Source: Lytechinus pictus (Eukaryota). Taken from it: a stretch of DNA of 64,000 bases. Within the stretch, counting starts at the first letter, position 1, and each line of letters begins with the position of its first letter. This document shows, in pieces, positions 13,070 to 26,402 of this stretch. The translations under genes were made by a program, and so were the position numbers. The stretch spans positions 40,178,001-40,242,000 of the forward strand of contig NC_087251.1 of assembly GCF_037042905.1 (NCBI RefSeq). The letters are read 5' to 3'. Below the pieces are notes generated by a model, which was given only the letters and a program-made list of their open reading frames with translations, did no database searches and had not been told where the DNA came from.

Positions 13070-13726
13070 AACTGGGTTCCAAAATAAACTTATCAAACTT
13101 CACACTACACAAATTCCACTCAGTCAAAATGAACAAAATTTTGACACTATAGGCTAGCTTCAATAATCTTTACTAAAGCACATGTCAATAATTAAAGGTT
13201 GGTTTAATAACAAAGAGGCTGTAGCCCCTCAGGTCAATTGGTTCCGGAATCCAAAGTCACAAACTGGCAAAAGAAAAACCAATGAAAATGAGATGGGATT
13301 AAACAAAATTACCAGTTTATTAAAGTTCACAGTATGACAATCGGCATGTTTAATTGATTACCTCAATAACTAAGAATTTACAGAGAGTTAAAATTAACAT
13401 TTTAAACACACCTATTGAGGTAAAAAAAGCATAATGTATGAATGGACTTCATCATGTCAATATAGCAGCCAAGCAGAGAATAACCATTTGGTCTGTTGGT
13501 TGAGACTGAAACTAAGACTTTGTGACTTTGAATTCTGGAACCAGTAAATTTGAGGAGCTACAGCCTCTTTATTATTAAACCAATCTCGTAATTATTACAT
13601 AATAATTACATGTGCTTAGTAAAGATGATTGGAGCTAGCCTGTGTTAAAATTTTGTTCATTTTGACTGAGTGGAATTTGTGTAGTGTCCTTGTGAAGTTT
13701 GGTAAGTTTCTTTTGGAACCCAGTTT
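13070..13726. mobile_element. MITE with ~200-bp TIRs in TA context (Tc1/mariner-like)
   Basis: atataaactgggttccaaaa ... ttttggaacccagtttatat; long inverted arms 13066-13265 vs 13517-13730. Confidence 0.8.
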
Positions 13727-15124
13727 ATATAATATATATACATATATCACTCTTTTATAAGACTGTTAACTATGAAAAAAAAATCAAAACTTTTATTTTT
13801 CACCCTATCTTAATTATATTTTGAGTAATAGTATAGAGCCTAAAGGTTTTAGAAATAATATTATGTACAAAGATATATATAATTATTTAGAATTTAGATG
13901 TTAACTTGTTTTATCTGACAAATTAGTGTTCCAAAAATGACAAAACTTAATTTTGTATTACATATATTGCATTAACATACTCTACAATACCCGATGCAGT
14001 TCATTTGAGAAAAGGAAAAATAGAAAAATTATTCACAGTATCGTTGTCATTATACTGTTAAATAATGTCAGAACATTTCACCTACTTAACTAGTATCAAG
14101 TTGTGACTCTTTTGTCCCCCCCCCCCCTCTCTCTCTCTCTTTAGGTCTTGGGGTCATTAGCTCTTTAAAAAATGTTATTTACATTTTTGGAACTTATTTT
14201 ATGGAACTTAAAATCAATATCTTTGTATCTGTCATATAGAAGCAAAACTATAAATGTCTTCACATTATTTCTCACTAGCTTGTGTCAGAACAGATCTGTA
14301 AATAAAACAAGATTTTTGCTCATTGTTAAAACTTTTGTGTTTCTATTCTCTCTGAGGGAGAGAAAAGGGGAGGGACAGGGGCAGATCCAGGATTAATGAT
14401 GGGGGGGGGGGACTTTTCCAGCCCCCCCAAACAGAATATTAATGAAAGTGAATTTGTTTGTCAAGCATTAAGGATCTAAAAGGGATGGGGGAATAATGTC
14501 AAGCTATTCGACAAGCTTCTCAGTTTATAGAGCAATAGATAATATGATTGGTTTCGGGTAAAAACTATAACCATGAATATGAACAAAAAGTATAGATACT
14601 AAGAGGGAAAATGAGAAACAAATTATTTTGGCTTATATGGCAGGATACTTATGTCTCATAAAAATGCTGGATGTATGAAATGGTACCAGTATATTTCCTT
14701 GACTTAAAATAGTTGCAGCATGGATAGCTCCATGGTTGCAGTGTGCTGGTAGTCTCACTATACAGATGTCGTGTATATCTGTTCTCATTTCAATTTTCTC
14801 AACAACGGACTGTCAGTATGTAAGTGGTTATTTATTTCATCTATTTCTTTTCCTATTATACATTCAGTATTTTCCTTTTTGATATTGATCAAAGGTATGT
14901 TTTGAGGGCTTGGAACACAAAGCCATACAATTAAAGGGATTGTTTAACTTTGTGCATGACCAGCTGATTTTGAAAAGTTCTAAAATTAAGATTAAAGGAA
15001 ACCAAAACCCAAGAAGAGAAGCAATATTATACACATGTAATATCCTCAGTTGAAAATATTACTGCATAATATCCTGGTATTTTTTAATTGCAACACCATT
15101 TTTGTTACAAAAATGAATTAATTT

Positions 15125-15400
15125 CATTTTCGGAAAAAAAAACTTATTTCATTTTCGGACTAACGAACCTTCGGATTAACGAACCTTATTTCGCTTTTGG
15201 ACTAACGAACCTTATTTCATTTTCGGACTAACGAACCTTCGGAATTACAAATCTCATTGCGTTTTTGGACTAATGAACTTTTGGAATAACGAACTTTATT
15301 TTGTTTTCGGATTAACAAACCTTCGGAATGACGAACCGTCGGAATTACGAACCTTCGGAATAATGAACCTTCGGAATAACGAACCTTCGGAATTACGAAC
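15125..15400 (+). repeat. 16-bp-core tandem repeat (ttcggaataacgaacc)n
   Basis: Repeated units seen directly; explains ORFs 15217-15504 and 15273-15491. Confidence 0.85.
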
Positions 15401-16082
15401 GTCACCCGAAAAATTGTCTTCAATACCGGTAATTCAAGCAAGTCCCATTTATAAGATGGCACTTTTTTTTGTTTATTTCTGGTACATGTAGGTTTTGATG
15501 ACATCTACCCTCACATGATAATAATAAATTACTTTTCATTTTCATTTTCATCTACTTTCATTTGTAATTTTTATTATCTATTCCATTTTTTACTCTTATT
15601 TTCCATTAAGGTATCCCACAAGTGTTATAAATGCTCTCATCATAGCACTTATTGGTGTTTTGGTCTATCTTCTTCCAGCTGTGTTTGAACCACTGCAATT
15701 TCAGTAAGTTATTTGTGTTTCATAATTCATTTGATTCTATATTAAAACAAAAATATGGGACTTTGCTACTTATTTGGAAATACAATAAAAATATGATTTG
15801 TATGTATATATGGCCTACCTTACTTTGCCCATGAATATTATCATATACACTTATGATAAAAATTAAAGAATCAATTTTTTCCCTCTGCATAGCATGACAA
15901 TTCTTGTGTAGAAAACACTTCTATATATACACAATTAAACTGTTTGCTTGTTACATCACCCGATATTTCATGAGTGTATGATCTGCAAATTTGCAACCAT
16001 GTGGAAAAGTTAATTGTAATATGCACTAAAGCAGATCCAAATATAAGAGAACATGTTTAACTGCTTATCAGTTTGCAATATA

Positions 16083-16241
16083 CAGGAGCGGATCCAGGAT
16101 TTTACAAAAAGGGGGGGCAAATTTTTTGGAGGAAAAATTTGAAAAGAAAAAAAAATGTCTTTAATTTCATGGCATTTTTACATTAAAATTTCAATTTTGC
16201 TTCTCAAAAGGGGGCACGTGCCCCCCCTGGATCCGCGCCTG
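16083..16241. mobile_element. Short hAT-like MITE with 8-bp TSD
   Basis: caggagcggatccagg ... cctggatccgcgcctg flanked by gcaatata / gcaataca (1 mismatch). Confidence 0.75.
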
Positions 16242-16280
16242 GCAATACAGATTCAACTCCATTTTATCTACTTTTTTCAG

Positions 16281-16396
16281 ATTGAAAAGTCCTCCTTACC
16301 TTGGTGATACTCTGCCTGTAAATAACCATCTTGAAAATTCGGATAAAATTCTTGAGAATCGGCTTCTCGGTCCAGAGTCCCTGGCTTTCAAAGATG
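16281..16396 (+). CDS. APMAP: APMAP-like exon (first recognised)
   Basis: ttttcag| LKSPPYLGDTLPVNNHLENSDKILENRLLGPESLAFKD |gtatg. Confidence 0.88.
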
Positions 16397-19300
16397 GTAT
16401 GTTACAATCTTTAGCAGTTTGACATTGGTAAATTAATAACAAATCCCCTTTTGTAAGGCCATTACTAGGTTGGATGGAAGGGGCAATGGGTGATTCCACT
16501 ATCCAATTTTTAAAATATACTATTCATATAACTAAAAATGTATTGTACAAATAATGCATATTTATGAATGTCTTATGGCGATGGAGCGCACTCAATGGTA
16601 TTTGCAATATGCAAAAGCATGAGGTGCTTGCGCCAAATGCGTATGTTATTGCGAATACCGATATGTCTACATGGCCACTTACATCCCCCTAACATAAATT
16701 TTATGTGCATTATTTGTGTAAAATAGGTAGGCAGTATGAGTTTGTAGTGTAGTCCAGGTGAGGAGTGCAAAAAATAGTGACTTTTGCTCATAGAATGTTA
16801 AAAGCATGAAACTTGGCACAATCATTCTTCATTTCATACTAATCATTTTCAGGGGTGCTGCCAAAATTTTCCATACTATCCTTAGCAACGGTTGCTAGGT
16901 AACATAATTACCCTAAACAACAGGCATTTTAAGAGCAGCCACATGTACCACCCTATGGGAACCCCTCTTGCTTTGTCGCCACCCCAAAGATAAACCAAAT
17001 CAACTTTATTAACTTTACTAGATGCATGTCTCTAAGACAAAACCTGGATCCCCCCCCAAAAAAAAAAATGGCCCTAAGACATTATACATGTATCCAACAT
17101 GGCTTCCAGATGGCCACCAAATATGTTCGGGATAGATTTCCCGTCATGTATTGTCATGTTTTGTTTTTGTACAAAAAGGTATCATCTACAGTGGTACCGC
17201 CGATGGAAAGATCATAAAAATCAGCCCAAATATGGAGTTAACCTCCCTGGTTTCACTTGGCCCTTTAAATTGTGGTAAGAATCCTTTACTTTATTCTTAT
17301 AATGATGATAAGAGAAAACAGTATTTTATTGTACAGTAATCTATATATCTATTCACATATTGGTTCTTTCATTCATTGATTATTTATCCATATATTCACA
17401 TATCACATATTCATCTACTGAAATTGAAATTGAAACTTCATTTACTACAATCTTCATAAAAAAACATACAAATCAAGAAGTATAAATATTTAAATAAAAT
17501 ACATTATAACACGAGTGAGTATATTTAAGGATAGTGGAAGGATCACTGAAAAGTTACAAAGAACTTATAAATTAGTGATCCTGAAATTAACACAAAACAA
17601 CACAATTAAAAAAACAAATGCAGTCAGGAAATACAGAACAAACAAACATAACATGTATACAATTGTATCAATACTGATATAGATACAATTGTATCTTTTA
17701 CTATTAGTATTAGACTTTCTGCATTAAAATGTATTTTTAAATGTCTTTTAAAGCTTTGAAGGGTTTTGCACTGTTTAATATTTTGAGGGAGCTTATTTCA
17801 AATAATGGGACCCCTACATAAAAATATGTTGTTTGAGAAAGAATAATGACCATATATTGCACGAGTATCAGCTGAATTTCTAGTATTTTATCTATGTATA
17901 TCTCTATTGGTTTGAAAAATATTGTCAAAATTATTAGGCAAAAGGTTGTTATAATAGGAATACATAAAAACAGATAATTGAAAATCATGTAGTAAAGAAA
18001 TTGGGAGTATATTTAATTTTAAGAAAAGAGCTCTGCTTTGACTTAGGTCATAATCAAAAGCATACACTACAGTGCGTATAAAAAAAAAACGGGACAGATT
18101 TGAAAAGTCTATCAAATTTTTGTTTCAAATAATGATGTCTATATTTTAGTGTTAATAGATGCTCTAAGGTCTTATCTTTGAAATGCAATTTAAAAAAATA
18201 TATTTTATTCATGCTTGAGCGAACACATGACGTTTTTGTTGGGGGTTCAAAAAGAGGCTTGCGCCAGAATTGCAGAATATGTGTAATACAGTGATCAGAC
18301 TTTTTCCTAATCAGGAGACTTCCTCTTGACCTTTTCATTATCTGTGCCACAATTTTCAAATTATGCTGTCAAATTTCATTTACAAAGTTATTTATTTAAT
18401 TGAATTATTTTGTTTTTTCATTTAAACTTCTCTTACCTTTTAATTTTCTTTCATAAGTAACTGAGGAAAGAAGATTTTTTTTGTCAACCCAAGCAAGAAG
18501 ATTTGAATTATTAATTGGGAAAACTTGTGATTATTCAAATCGTTTTATTATGTGAAACAAATTATGTTATGTACCTTTAAAAGACATGAATCTATTTTTC
18601 AATGGGTCATTAATTCCTTGACCAAGTTTAATTGCTTGACATGAAACACAGGAAGGGATTCATGTCTTTCAATGACCATGATGTATTGAGTGAATTTTGA
18701 AGAAGCTAGATATGGCAGATCGAGTAAAATGTATTAAAAAGTTGTGAGCGAGCGAAGTGAGCACGCAAATATTCCCACTTTTTTAAATTACAATATCAAA
18801 GTTTGTGATAGATTTTGACATAATATTCAGAAAATAATATCATATTTTACTTTCTATCTTTCCTTTTATTTCCTGTCCACTTTTTTCTTGGTCATGATTT
18901 TTTTAATTAAGGGGGGGGGGGGGGGAGCAACCCGAGCGCCCGCCCATCTGTGTGGCTTTGTTCAAAAGGAACCATAACCTTTGTAGCACATAATGAAAGG
19001 ATTTGAATAAAAAAAATCCATGCTCTCCCATAATTCGGTTGTAAAGAACAATTTTAGCTTGAAGAAGGAATATTCAAAGCTAATAGAGAGCATTCAAGCA
19101 AATAAATATTTCTGAAAATGAATTTTGACCGCATGATTTGAAAATTATGGCAAAGATAATGAAAAGGTTAAGAGGAAGTCTGCTAATTAGAAAAAAAGTC
19201 CGATCATCATATTACTCATATTCTGCAATTCTGGCGCAAGCCTCTTTTTGAACCCCCAACAAAAACGTCCCGTGTTCGCTCAAGCATGAACGAAACTAAT

Positions 19301-22300
19301 TTTTTTTAATAGCATTTGAAAGACAAGACCTTAGAGCACCTATTAACACCAAAATATAGACATAATAATTTGAAACTAAAATTTTATAGACTTTTCAAAT
19401 CTGTCCCGTTTTTTTTATACGCACTGTAGAAGTAACTGAGAAGTTAATGAAGGGTTAAGAATATGGGATAATTAGATACTGTGCCCCTTATTTCAAATAC
19501 ATGTAGATTGCATGGATTGATATTCACAATAATGATTATATGTTTTTTTTAATTTCCTTTAGTAAATGAAACTGAATGTGGTCGTCCGCTTGGTCTACGG
19601 TTCACTCAGGATGGATTATTGTATGTCATTGATGCATATCTGGGCCTATTCCAAATTAATACATCAACAGGTATATACGTTATGAACTATGAAATATTAT
19701 CTTTGTCTTCATTACTTTTTATAATTTGTATTGCTTTCTGAAAGAAAACTTTTCTTGACTCCTCTTTCTCAGTTTCTCCTTTTTTGTTTCCTTTCTCTCT
19801 CTTGTGCCCCCCTTTTTCTCTCTCATATCATATTTCTCCTCTCTCATCTCATCTCTCTCTCTGCGCTGAATGAGAGGGTTGAAAGTAATGTTTTTTCAGG
19901 GTCAGTTGCCTGAGCATGAGTGTAGATCTGTTAATAATAATAAAAATAATGTCATATTTTACCCAAGGAAGCCACTTCAGTTCTGAAAACTGTTCTACCA
20001 GCAGGCCTTGCTGCTCAACATGATAATGTTATTATTACTCCGGCTTTAGCATGTGATGTATAAGGAGTGTGGTATGAATGTGATTGTGTTTTGAAAGTGA
20101 TTGTTCATTGGCCTTAATAATGCATAGTCCCGGTTGATGTTAGCCAATACTGCCCTTCCTCTTTTCCATCAAAACAGTGTATTTGAATAATTGATTACAT
20201 TGTCCTGGTTGGAGGGTTTGATAATCCCTGACTGGAGCTGCAAATTTGACTGCTTGCTGACGGGACCCAGGACTCATCCTTTTTGTCACCTGCTTAAATC
20301 TTTTCACTTTCTCTTTTTAAAGGACAAGTCCACCCCAACAAGAATTAAGTTGATTTGAATAAAAAGAGAAAAATCCAACAAGCATAGCACTGAAAATTTC
20401 AACAAAATTGGATGTAAAATTATGACATGTTAAAGTTTTGCTTAATTTCACAAAACAATTATATGCACATCCTGGCTCTTATGCAAATGAGGAGACTATG
20501 ACGTCATCCACTCACTATTTCTTTTGTATTTTATTATATGAAATATGAAATATTATAATTTTCTCCTCATTGTCAAGTGATACAACGATTAATTCCTCCC
20601 TGAACATGTGTAATTAGCATTGTTTAATACTATATGGTTCAGTCAAGTTGGTCCTTATTGTCAAATCTATAAAAAATGAAATTTTGTATAATTGCAAAAT
20701 AAATAGTGAGTGATGGACATCATTGACTGACTCAACTAGTTGTGCATATATCACTGTTTTGTGAAAAATAAGCAAAACTTTAAAATGTCATAACTTTCTT
20801 ATTTTACATCCAATTTTGATGAAATTTTCAGCACTATGCTAGTTTGATTTTTCTCTATTTATTCAAGTCAGCATTTTCCTGGGGTGGACTTGACCTTTAA
20901 ATTACGATGCTTAAACCACCTCTTTTCAATTTTTACTTTTTTTCCCCTTTTGGTATAAAATGGTCACACAATTGAGATGCAATATATTACTGTTATTATT
21001 ATTGAAGGTTCGATGTTTTAAACCAGTTTTGTACACTATGAATGTAAACCTGTAAATTGTACACAATTCAGCCTCTTGGCTGCGAAGTATACAATCTCAA
21101 TAAAACCTTCTCAATTTAATTCAGTTTAACACTGTCTCCTCTCTTGTTCTCCATTCATATCTCTTCTAACCCTAATTACATTGTTGGTATACTTACAGAT
21201 ATTCCATAATTATCTTGTTTAATTACATACTAGTAATTGAAGAATGTCCATCTCGTTACCACACCATCACCACCACTGCAGGTTTGAAATGACTAACCAT
21301 CTAAATCCAATCCTTTCAGGTGAGAGTACTAATTTAGTAGCAAGAGATACAATAGTGGATGGCAAGCCTATTCTATTTTTCAATGACCTGACTGTTGGTT
21401 CTGATGGCATCATCTATTTCACGCATAGTAGCACGAGATGGCATAGATTTCAACATCTCTCTCTTGCTATGGAAGGAAATAATGATTCAAGGTTATTATT
21501 CTTGTCATTCTTTCTATTATTCATTGTGTTGCTGTTTAATTACTTTAATAATGAAAAGCAATGTTGAAAAAAACCATCCTTAGATTTTTCCCCTTCCCAG
21601 CTTATTACCTCTCTCTTTCTATCCCCTCCTTATTTTAATAATTCCCATTATGTGGAAAATGATACTTGTAGAAATAAAAACAATAAAAAAAATATTCTTT
21701 CCATATGATATGATAACTGAAAAGTATCCAGGTGGAAGGATTCTTGGTGTGTACTAGATACATGTATATGCTATATAAAGAATAAGTATATATTGAACGT
21801 ATGTGGTGTATTATAACAAATAGGTCCGTATTCTGAAGTCAGGTTTAACTTAGACCATGGTCTAACTCTGTGCTAAAATTATGGAAAGCCAAAAATGTCA
21901 AAATGTCCTTACGTTGTATATTTCTTATGATTACTGTGCTCTTTCCTAATCGTCATGGTGAAGATAGCTATCTTACTTATCCTTCCGAAACAGTTAAGAA
22001 TGATTTGAAAGAAAAATGAGCTGATACATTGAAATAATACTGTTATAGATATATGACACTATTGACTATCCATACTTAATTAAACCACAACTTTAAACCC
22101 GAGTTTAAATCTAACCCGACTTCAGAATACGGACCATTGTGTTTTTACTGTTCCCATACTCTTTTGACATATTTCAGACTACTTCAGTATAACCCGTCAT
22201 CCGGGGAAGTTTCTATTCTTATCGATGGTTTAGCGTTGGCTAATGGGGTACAACTATCAAAGGATGAAAGTTTCTTATTGGTGGCTGAAGGAGGAAGAAT

Positions 22301-24090
22301 GAGAATACATCGGTAAGTTGTCATAATAAGGGTAATAGAAATGTCAGTGACAGGAGAGATGGAGGAGGGAGGGAGAGGGGGGGGGGGGGGGGCAGAAAGA
22401 AGAGAGAGAGAGGAGACAGAAGGGGAAATGGAGGAGAGGAAGAATTTAAAGACCCCAACAAAAAGTTGATTTGAATAAAAAGAGAAAATCCAACAAGCAA
22501 AACACTGAAAATTTCATGGAAATCGGATGTAAAATAAGAAAGTTAGGACATTTTAAAGTTTTGCTTTATTTCACAAAACAGTTATATGCACATCCTGGTG
22601 GGTATGCAAATGAGACTGATGACGTCATCCACTCACTACTTCTTTTGTATTTTATTATATGAAATAGGGAATATTTTATTTTTCTCCTCATTGTCAAGTG
22701 AAACAACGATTAATTCCTCCCTGAACATGTGGAATGAGCATTATTTAATACTATATGATTCAGTCCAGTAAGTACTTATTGTCAAATCTATAAAAAATGA
22801 AATATTGTATAATTCAAACAATAAAAAACAAAAGAAATAGTGAGGGACATCATCGACCTCATTTGAGTTGTGCATATCACTGTTTTGTGAAAAAACAGCA
22901 AAACTTTAAAGTGTCATAACTTTCTTATTTTACATCCGATTTTGATGAAATTTTCAGCGTTTTGCTAGTTTGATTTTTCTCCATTTATTCAAATCAACAT
23001 TTTTCTGGGGTGGACTTGACCTTTAAACTGTAACTCAAACTACTTCATGCAGCACAAGCATGGGTTGAAAAGAATGAATTCATCTATATCTTTATCGACA
23101 TAAGTATGGTTAGCTTACTTTATCAGATGATGTATTCAATGTTCTTATCAGAGTAAGGTTTGAATAAAATCCTCTTACATTGTAGTTCAAGGTTGGTAAT
23201 ACAAATTAATTGAATTTATTCAATTTACAGGTACTTCCTAACTGGTTCTCGCCAAGGAGAAAGGGAACTATTTGCTGATAATCTACCGGGTTTTGCGGAT
23301 AATATTCGTCCAAGTTCGGATGGGGGGTTTTGGGTAGCCTTTCCTACCATAAGACGACGGTGTCTCTATGATGTCTTTGCTCCAAGACCATGGCTTAGAA
23401 AGCTTCTTGTTAAGGTAATATCGGTGTCATAGCAGGCATACTCGGGCATTGATGTTTATTAAAATGCATCAAAATATTTGGAATAATAAGGAAACATTTT
23501 TTTTTATGTTTCTCATGAAAATTGGTATATTTGAATATAGAGAAAAAGTGTAAGCTGTAGATAGAGTGATTGTTGAAATGATTCTCAAACTTATATTCCT
23601 GACCATAAATGATGAATATGTAACATGGGTAGTTCTATAAAGTCATTCTTTTTTAAAGTCTGACCATCATTCATCCTATTTCTAGCTTACTTCATGACCT
23701 ACATAAGCCTAGATGATAAGTGCATGAGCCAATTATGAACGAACTAGGAAACGGATAGATCACTTCAGGAAGCTCCCACATATAGGGGGGGGGGGGGTGG
23801 ACATATATACTTTATAGAATTGAAAAAAACTTGATTACTTCTATTGATATTAATAATTTCTGTTATCTCTCTATTTATCCTAGTTTTTGAGCCCCGATTT
23901 CATTATTCATTCTACCACCAAGCCTTATGGTCTGATCATGGAGTTTGCCGAGGATGGTCACATCATACAGAGGTTAGATGATCCTACCGGTGCTGTAGTT
24001 CCTTACATCAGTGAGGTTCTTGATACCGGAAATGCCTTATACCTAGGATCATATACTTCTCCCTTCTTGGCTAAGATACATTTACCATGA
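16281..24090 (+). CDS. APMAP: APMAP-like (adipocyte plasma membrane-associated protein; strictosidine synthase-like beta-propeller), spliced, 5'-partial
   Basis: join(16281-16396,17179-17274,19563-19670,21320-21491,22178-22312,23231-23414,23884-24090) with AG/GT boundaries and consistent phases. Motifs GPES, YSGTADG, CGRPLGLRF, DAYLGL, FND, ANGVQLS, NLPGFADNIR, ISEV, LYLGSY. Confidence 0.9.
17179..17274 (+). CDS. APMAP: APMAP-like exon
   Basis: aaag| GIIYSGTADGKIIKISPNMELTSLVSLGPLNC |gtaag. Confidence 0.88.
17418..18067 (-). mobile_element. Old LINE (CR1/L2-group) 3' fragment
   Basis: SRALFLKLNILPISLLHDFQLSVFMYSYYNNLLP resembles the C-terminus of the 41710-44727 ORF ([16 protein letters not shown]...[13 protein letters not shown]); (tttcaa)n-type tail near 17420. 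Confidence 0.65.
18070..19426. mobile_element. Tc1/mariner-like non-autonomous element, ~300-bp TIRs, TA TSD
   Basis: ta|cagtgcgtataaaa...cgggacagatttgaaaagtc ... gacttttcaaatctgtcccg...tatacgcactg|ta; arms 18070-18365 vs 19135-19426. Confidence 0.88.
19563..19670 (+). CDS. APMAP: APMAP-like exon
   Basis: tttag| NETECGRPLGLRFTQDGLLYVIDAYLGLFQINTST |gtata. Confidence 0.9.
20321..20896 (+). mobile_element. Kolobok-like MITE (TTAA TSD)
   Basis: ttaa|aggacaagtccacccc ... ggggtggacttgacct|ttaa. Confidence 0.85.
21320..21491 (+). CDS. APMAP: APMAP-like exon
   Basis: ttcag| GESTNLVARDTIVDGKPILFFNDLTVGSDGIIYFTHSSTRW...MEGNNDS |gttatt. Confidence 0.88.
21823..22135. mobile_element. MITE with ggtccgtattctgaagtc TIRs
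   Basis: ggtccgtattctgaagtc ... gacttcagaatacggacc (18-bp perfect IR); TSD unclear. Confidence 0.7.
22178..22312 (+). CDS. APMAP: APMAP-like exon
   Basis: ttcag| LLQYNPSSGEVSILIDGLALANGVQLSKDESFLLVAEGGRMRIH |gtaag. Confidence 0.9.
22450..23022 (+). mobile_element. Second copy of the 20321-20896 Kolobok-like MITE
   Basis: Collinear with 20321-20896; left TIR has a short deletion; right end ggggtggacttgacct|ttaa. Confidence 0.85.
23231..23414 (+). CDS. APMAP: APMAP-like exon
   Basis: tacag| YFLTGSRQGERELFADNLPGFADNIRPSSDGGFWVAF...RPWLRKLLVK |gtaat. Confidence 0.9.
23884..24090 (+). CDS. APMAP: APMAP-like last coding exon
   Basis: cctag| FLSPDF...KPYGLIMEFAEDGHIIQRLDDPTG...ISEVLD...LYLGSYTSPFLAKIHLP*; AATAAA at 24165-24170. 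Confidence 0.9.
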   Translation, partial: FLSPDFIIHSTTKPYGLIMEFAEDGHIIQRLDDPTGAVVPYISEVLDTGNALYLGSYTSPFLAKIHLP

Positions 24091-24726
24091 ATTGCTTTTT
24101 TTTTTTAGTTAGCCCATTGTACCAGTAATTCATGAAAGCTTTAGAGCATCCATTATTACACTGCAATAAAGTCTGCATAAGACAAATCATCGCTCAAATT
24201 GGAGTACCTTTTCATACCAGAATATGTAAAAATGTGATATTTACTCTTATTTGCTAATGTCTAATGGATTTCTGTGGTTTCAAGAGCTTTGAATTAAGTA
24301 GATTCACATGTATATCCCCAGAATTGTGACAAATATACATGAATGTTAAAAATTTATGGAATATTCAAATACAAAATTACAATGTAACTTGAAATTCTTT
24401 TTAATTTGTACTATTTGGATGCTGGCCTATCAAAATAATTAGTATTGTTTCATTTGTTCAAATAAAACTTGAATTTGTTCAAATGAAATTTGAATGTTCA
24501 AATTTATGGATGAAAAGTAGTGTGGTGATTTCACCACTGACTCAGATGAGCCTAAGAAAATCAGATTTACCTGAAAAGAATCATTCAAGTTTGATGTTGG
24601 AGCTTTTGTTTTACTGTTGGAAGCACAATACCTTCCCTAGCTCTAACACCTCATCTGAGTGAATCAAAATCACATTTATAGCTCAAAACCAAATAAGATT
24701 CATCATCTCAAGACCTAATTCATTTT

Positions 24727-25123
24727 GGCCCGAATTCACAAAGGTGGTTTTTAAAACTGTTGAACCCATGGTTTATGCAGGTTTTCTGTCTAAATTACGC
24801 TTATTAATCGCGTATATTAAAAAATGTCCAATGCTGATTTCCACTTTTATCACAGTGCACCAAATTGATGCCTGTTGCCGTAGTTATCCACACTATTTTA
24901 TTCACGAATCCACTGTTTTGAATTAATGAGTCCACTCTTCAAACATTGGACTCATGAATAAAATAGTGTACTTAACCATGGCAACAGGCATCTATATGGG
25001 GCACTGTTAAAAGCGCGCATCAGCAATGGACATTTTTTTGATATACATGGTAAATAAGTGTAATTTATACAGCAAATCTGCATAAACGAATGGTTTTAAA
25101 AACCACCTTGGTGAATTTGGGCC
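24727..25123. mobile_element. Palindromic MITE (ggcccgaattcac...gtgaatttgggcc)
   Basis: Nearly the whole element is an imperfect inverted repeat. Confidence 0.75.
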
Positions 25124-26110
25124 TTCAAGTTTAGAACGAAGCTGATACATGAATTGTAAACAAATACAAAACCAAACTTGAAATCAGTAATGTATCCAAT
25201 CTTTACAATTGTTTGATTTTATGGAATATTAAAATACAATATAACAATTTTATTGTAAAATTTTGGTTGTCAATTTTTTTAATATGTGGATGGTGTCTTA
25301 TGAAAATAATTGAGAAATATTCAAGTCTATGTATCAGAGGTGATTTAGAGATATTAAGATATGTTATGCAGCGGGGGGGGGGGCAGTTGCCCCCCAGAAA
25401 TTTTGAAAACTTACATATTTTCACAAAACTCACCAAAAGTATGCATGGAATCCTTCTTAATTTCACTTTACAAAATGCCAAAGCGCCTCAATGACAAGCT
25501 CGGTCACTTCGGTCCCTTGCTCTCGACTTTTTTTTCAAAAAAATTAATGCGTGCTGTCCCCCCCTGCGGAAAATTTCTGCGTATGGCCATGAGCCACAGT
25601 AATAGTGCATGCTACACATGACTCTTGGTATGGGAGTGATTCAACATGGAAAAATTTATAGATGCAATAATTCACTATTGATATTTCCAACCCTCAATTC
25701 TCTAACTTGAGTATTAAAACATTAACCCTTTTCCCCATCTGCTGAAAAAAGGAGAAAGAACAACCTAATGTGATTTATCAATAAGTTTTATTTTATTTAC
25801 AACATTCACACCAGCAATAAATCCAGGATATTGTAGGAAGTACAGTCAACCAGAGAATACATAAGAGAAAATATACATGTATATGACAAAATATATAATG
25901 AAACCTGTCTACAAGGTCACCTTCACACAAGAAAAGTGGTCTTTATGAGCAGGTTAATATCATACCTGTTTCATGGAGAATACTACTTAAGGGATACCAA
26001 ACCTGTTATCTGTATAGACATGTGTTCTTTCTAAGCAGGTAGTCATTATAGCAGGTTTGAGTCTTGAATTTAACTATTCTGAACACCAGCAACTATGGTA
26101 AATAACGAAA

Positions 26111-26402
26111 CCTGGGGCCAGTCTTACAAATAGTTGCGATTGATCCAATCAATCGCAACTATGGAAAGCCAGCAAAGTCGACATATAGAATGCATGTTTG
26201 TTCAAAAGATTTTCTAGATAAGAATGTATATAAAAACTATATATCCATGAATTCATTGATTTCTGGACAATTTGGTGTGTTCTCCTGTGTTTAGAAAGAA
26301 CATTTTGCAAATTTCCTGTAGAAAAAATTATGGCACTGATGGATTTCCATAGAGTTACGATTGATTGGATCAATTGTGACTCTTTGTAAGACGGGGCCCA
26401 GG
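26111..26402. mobile_element. MITE with ~55-bp TIRs
   Basis: cctggggccagtcttacaaa...gattgatccaatcaatcg vs cgattgattggatcaatt...tttgtaagacggggcccagg. Confidence 0.75.
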
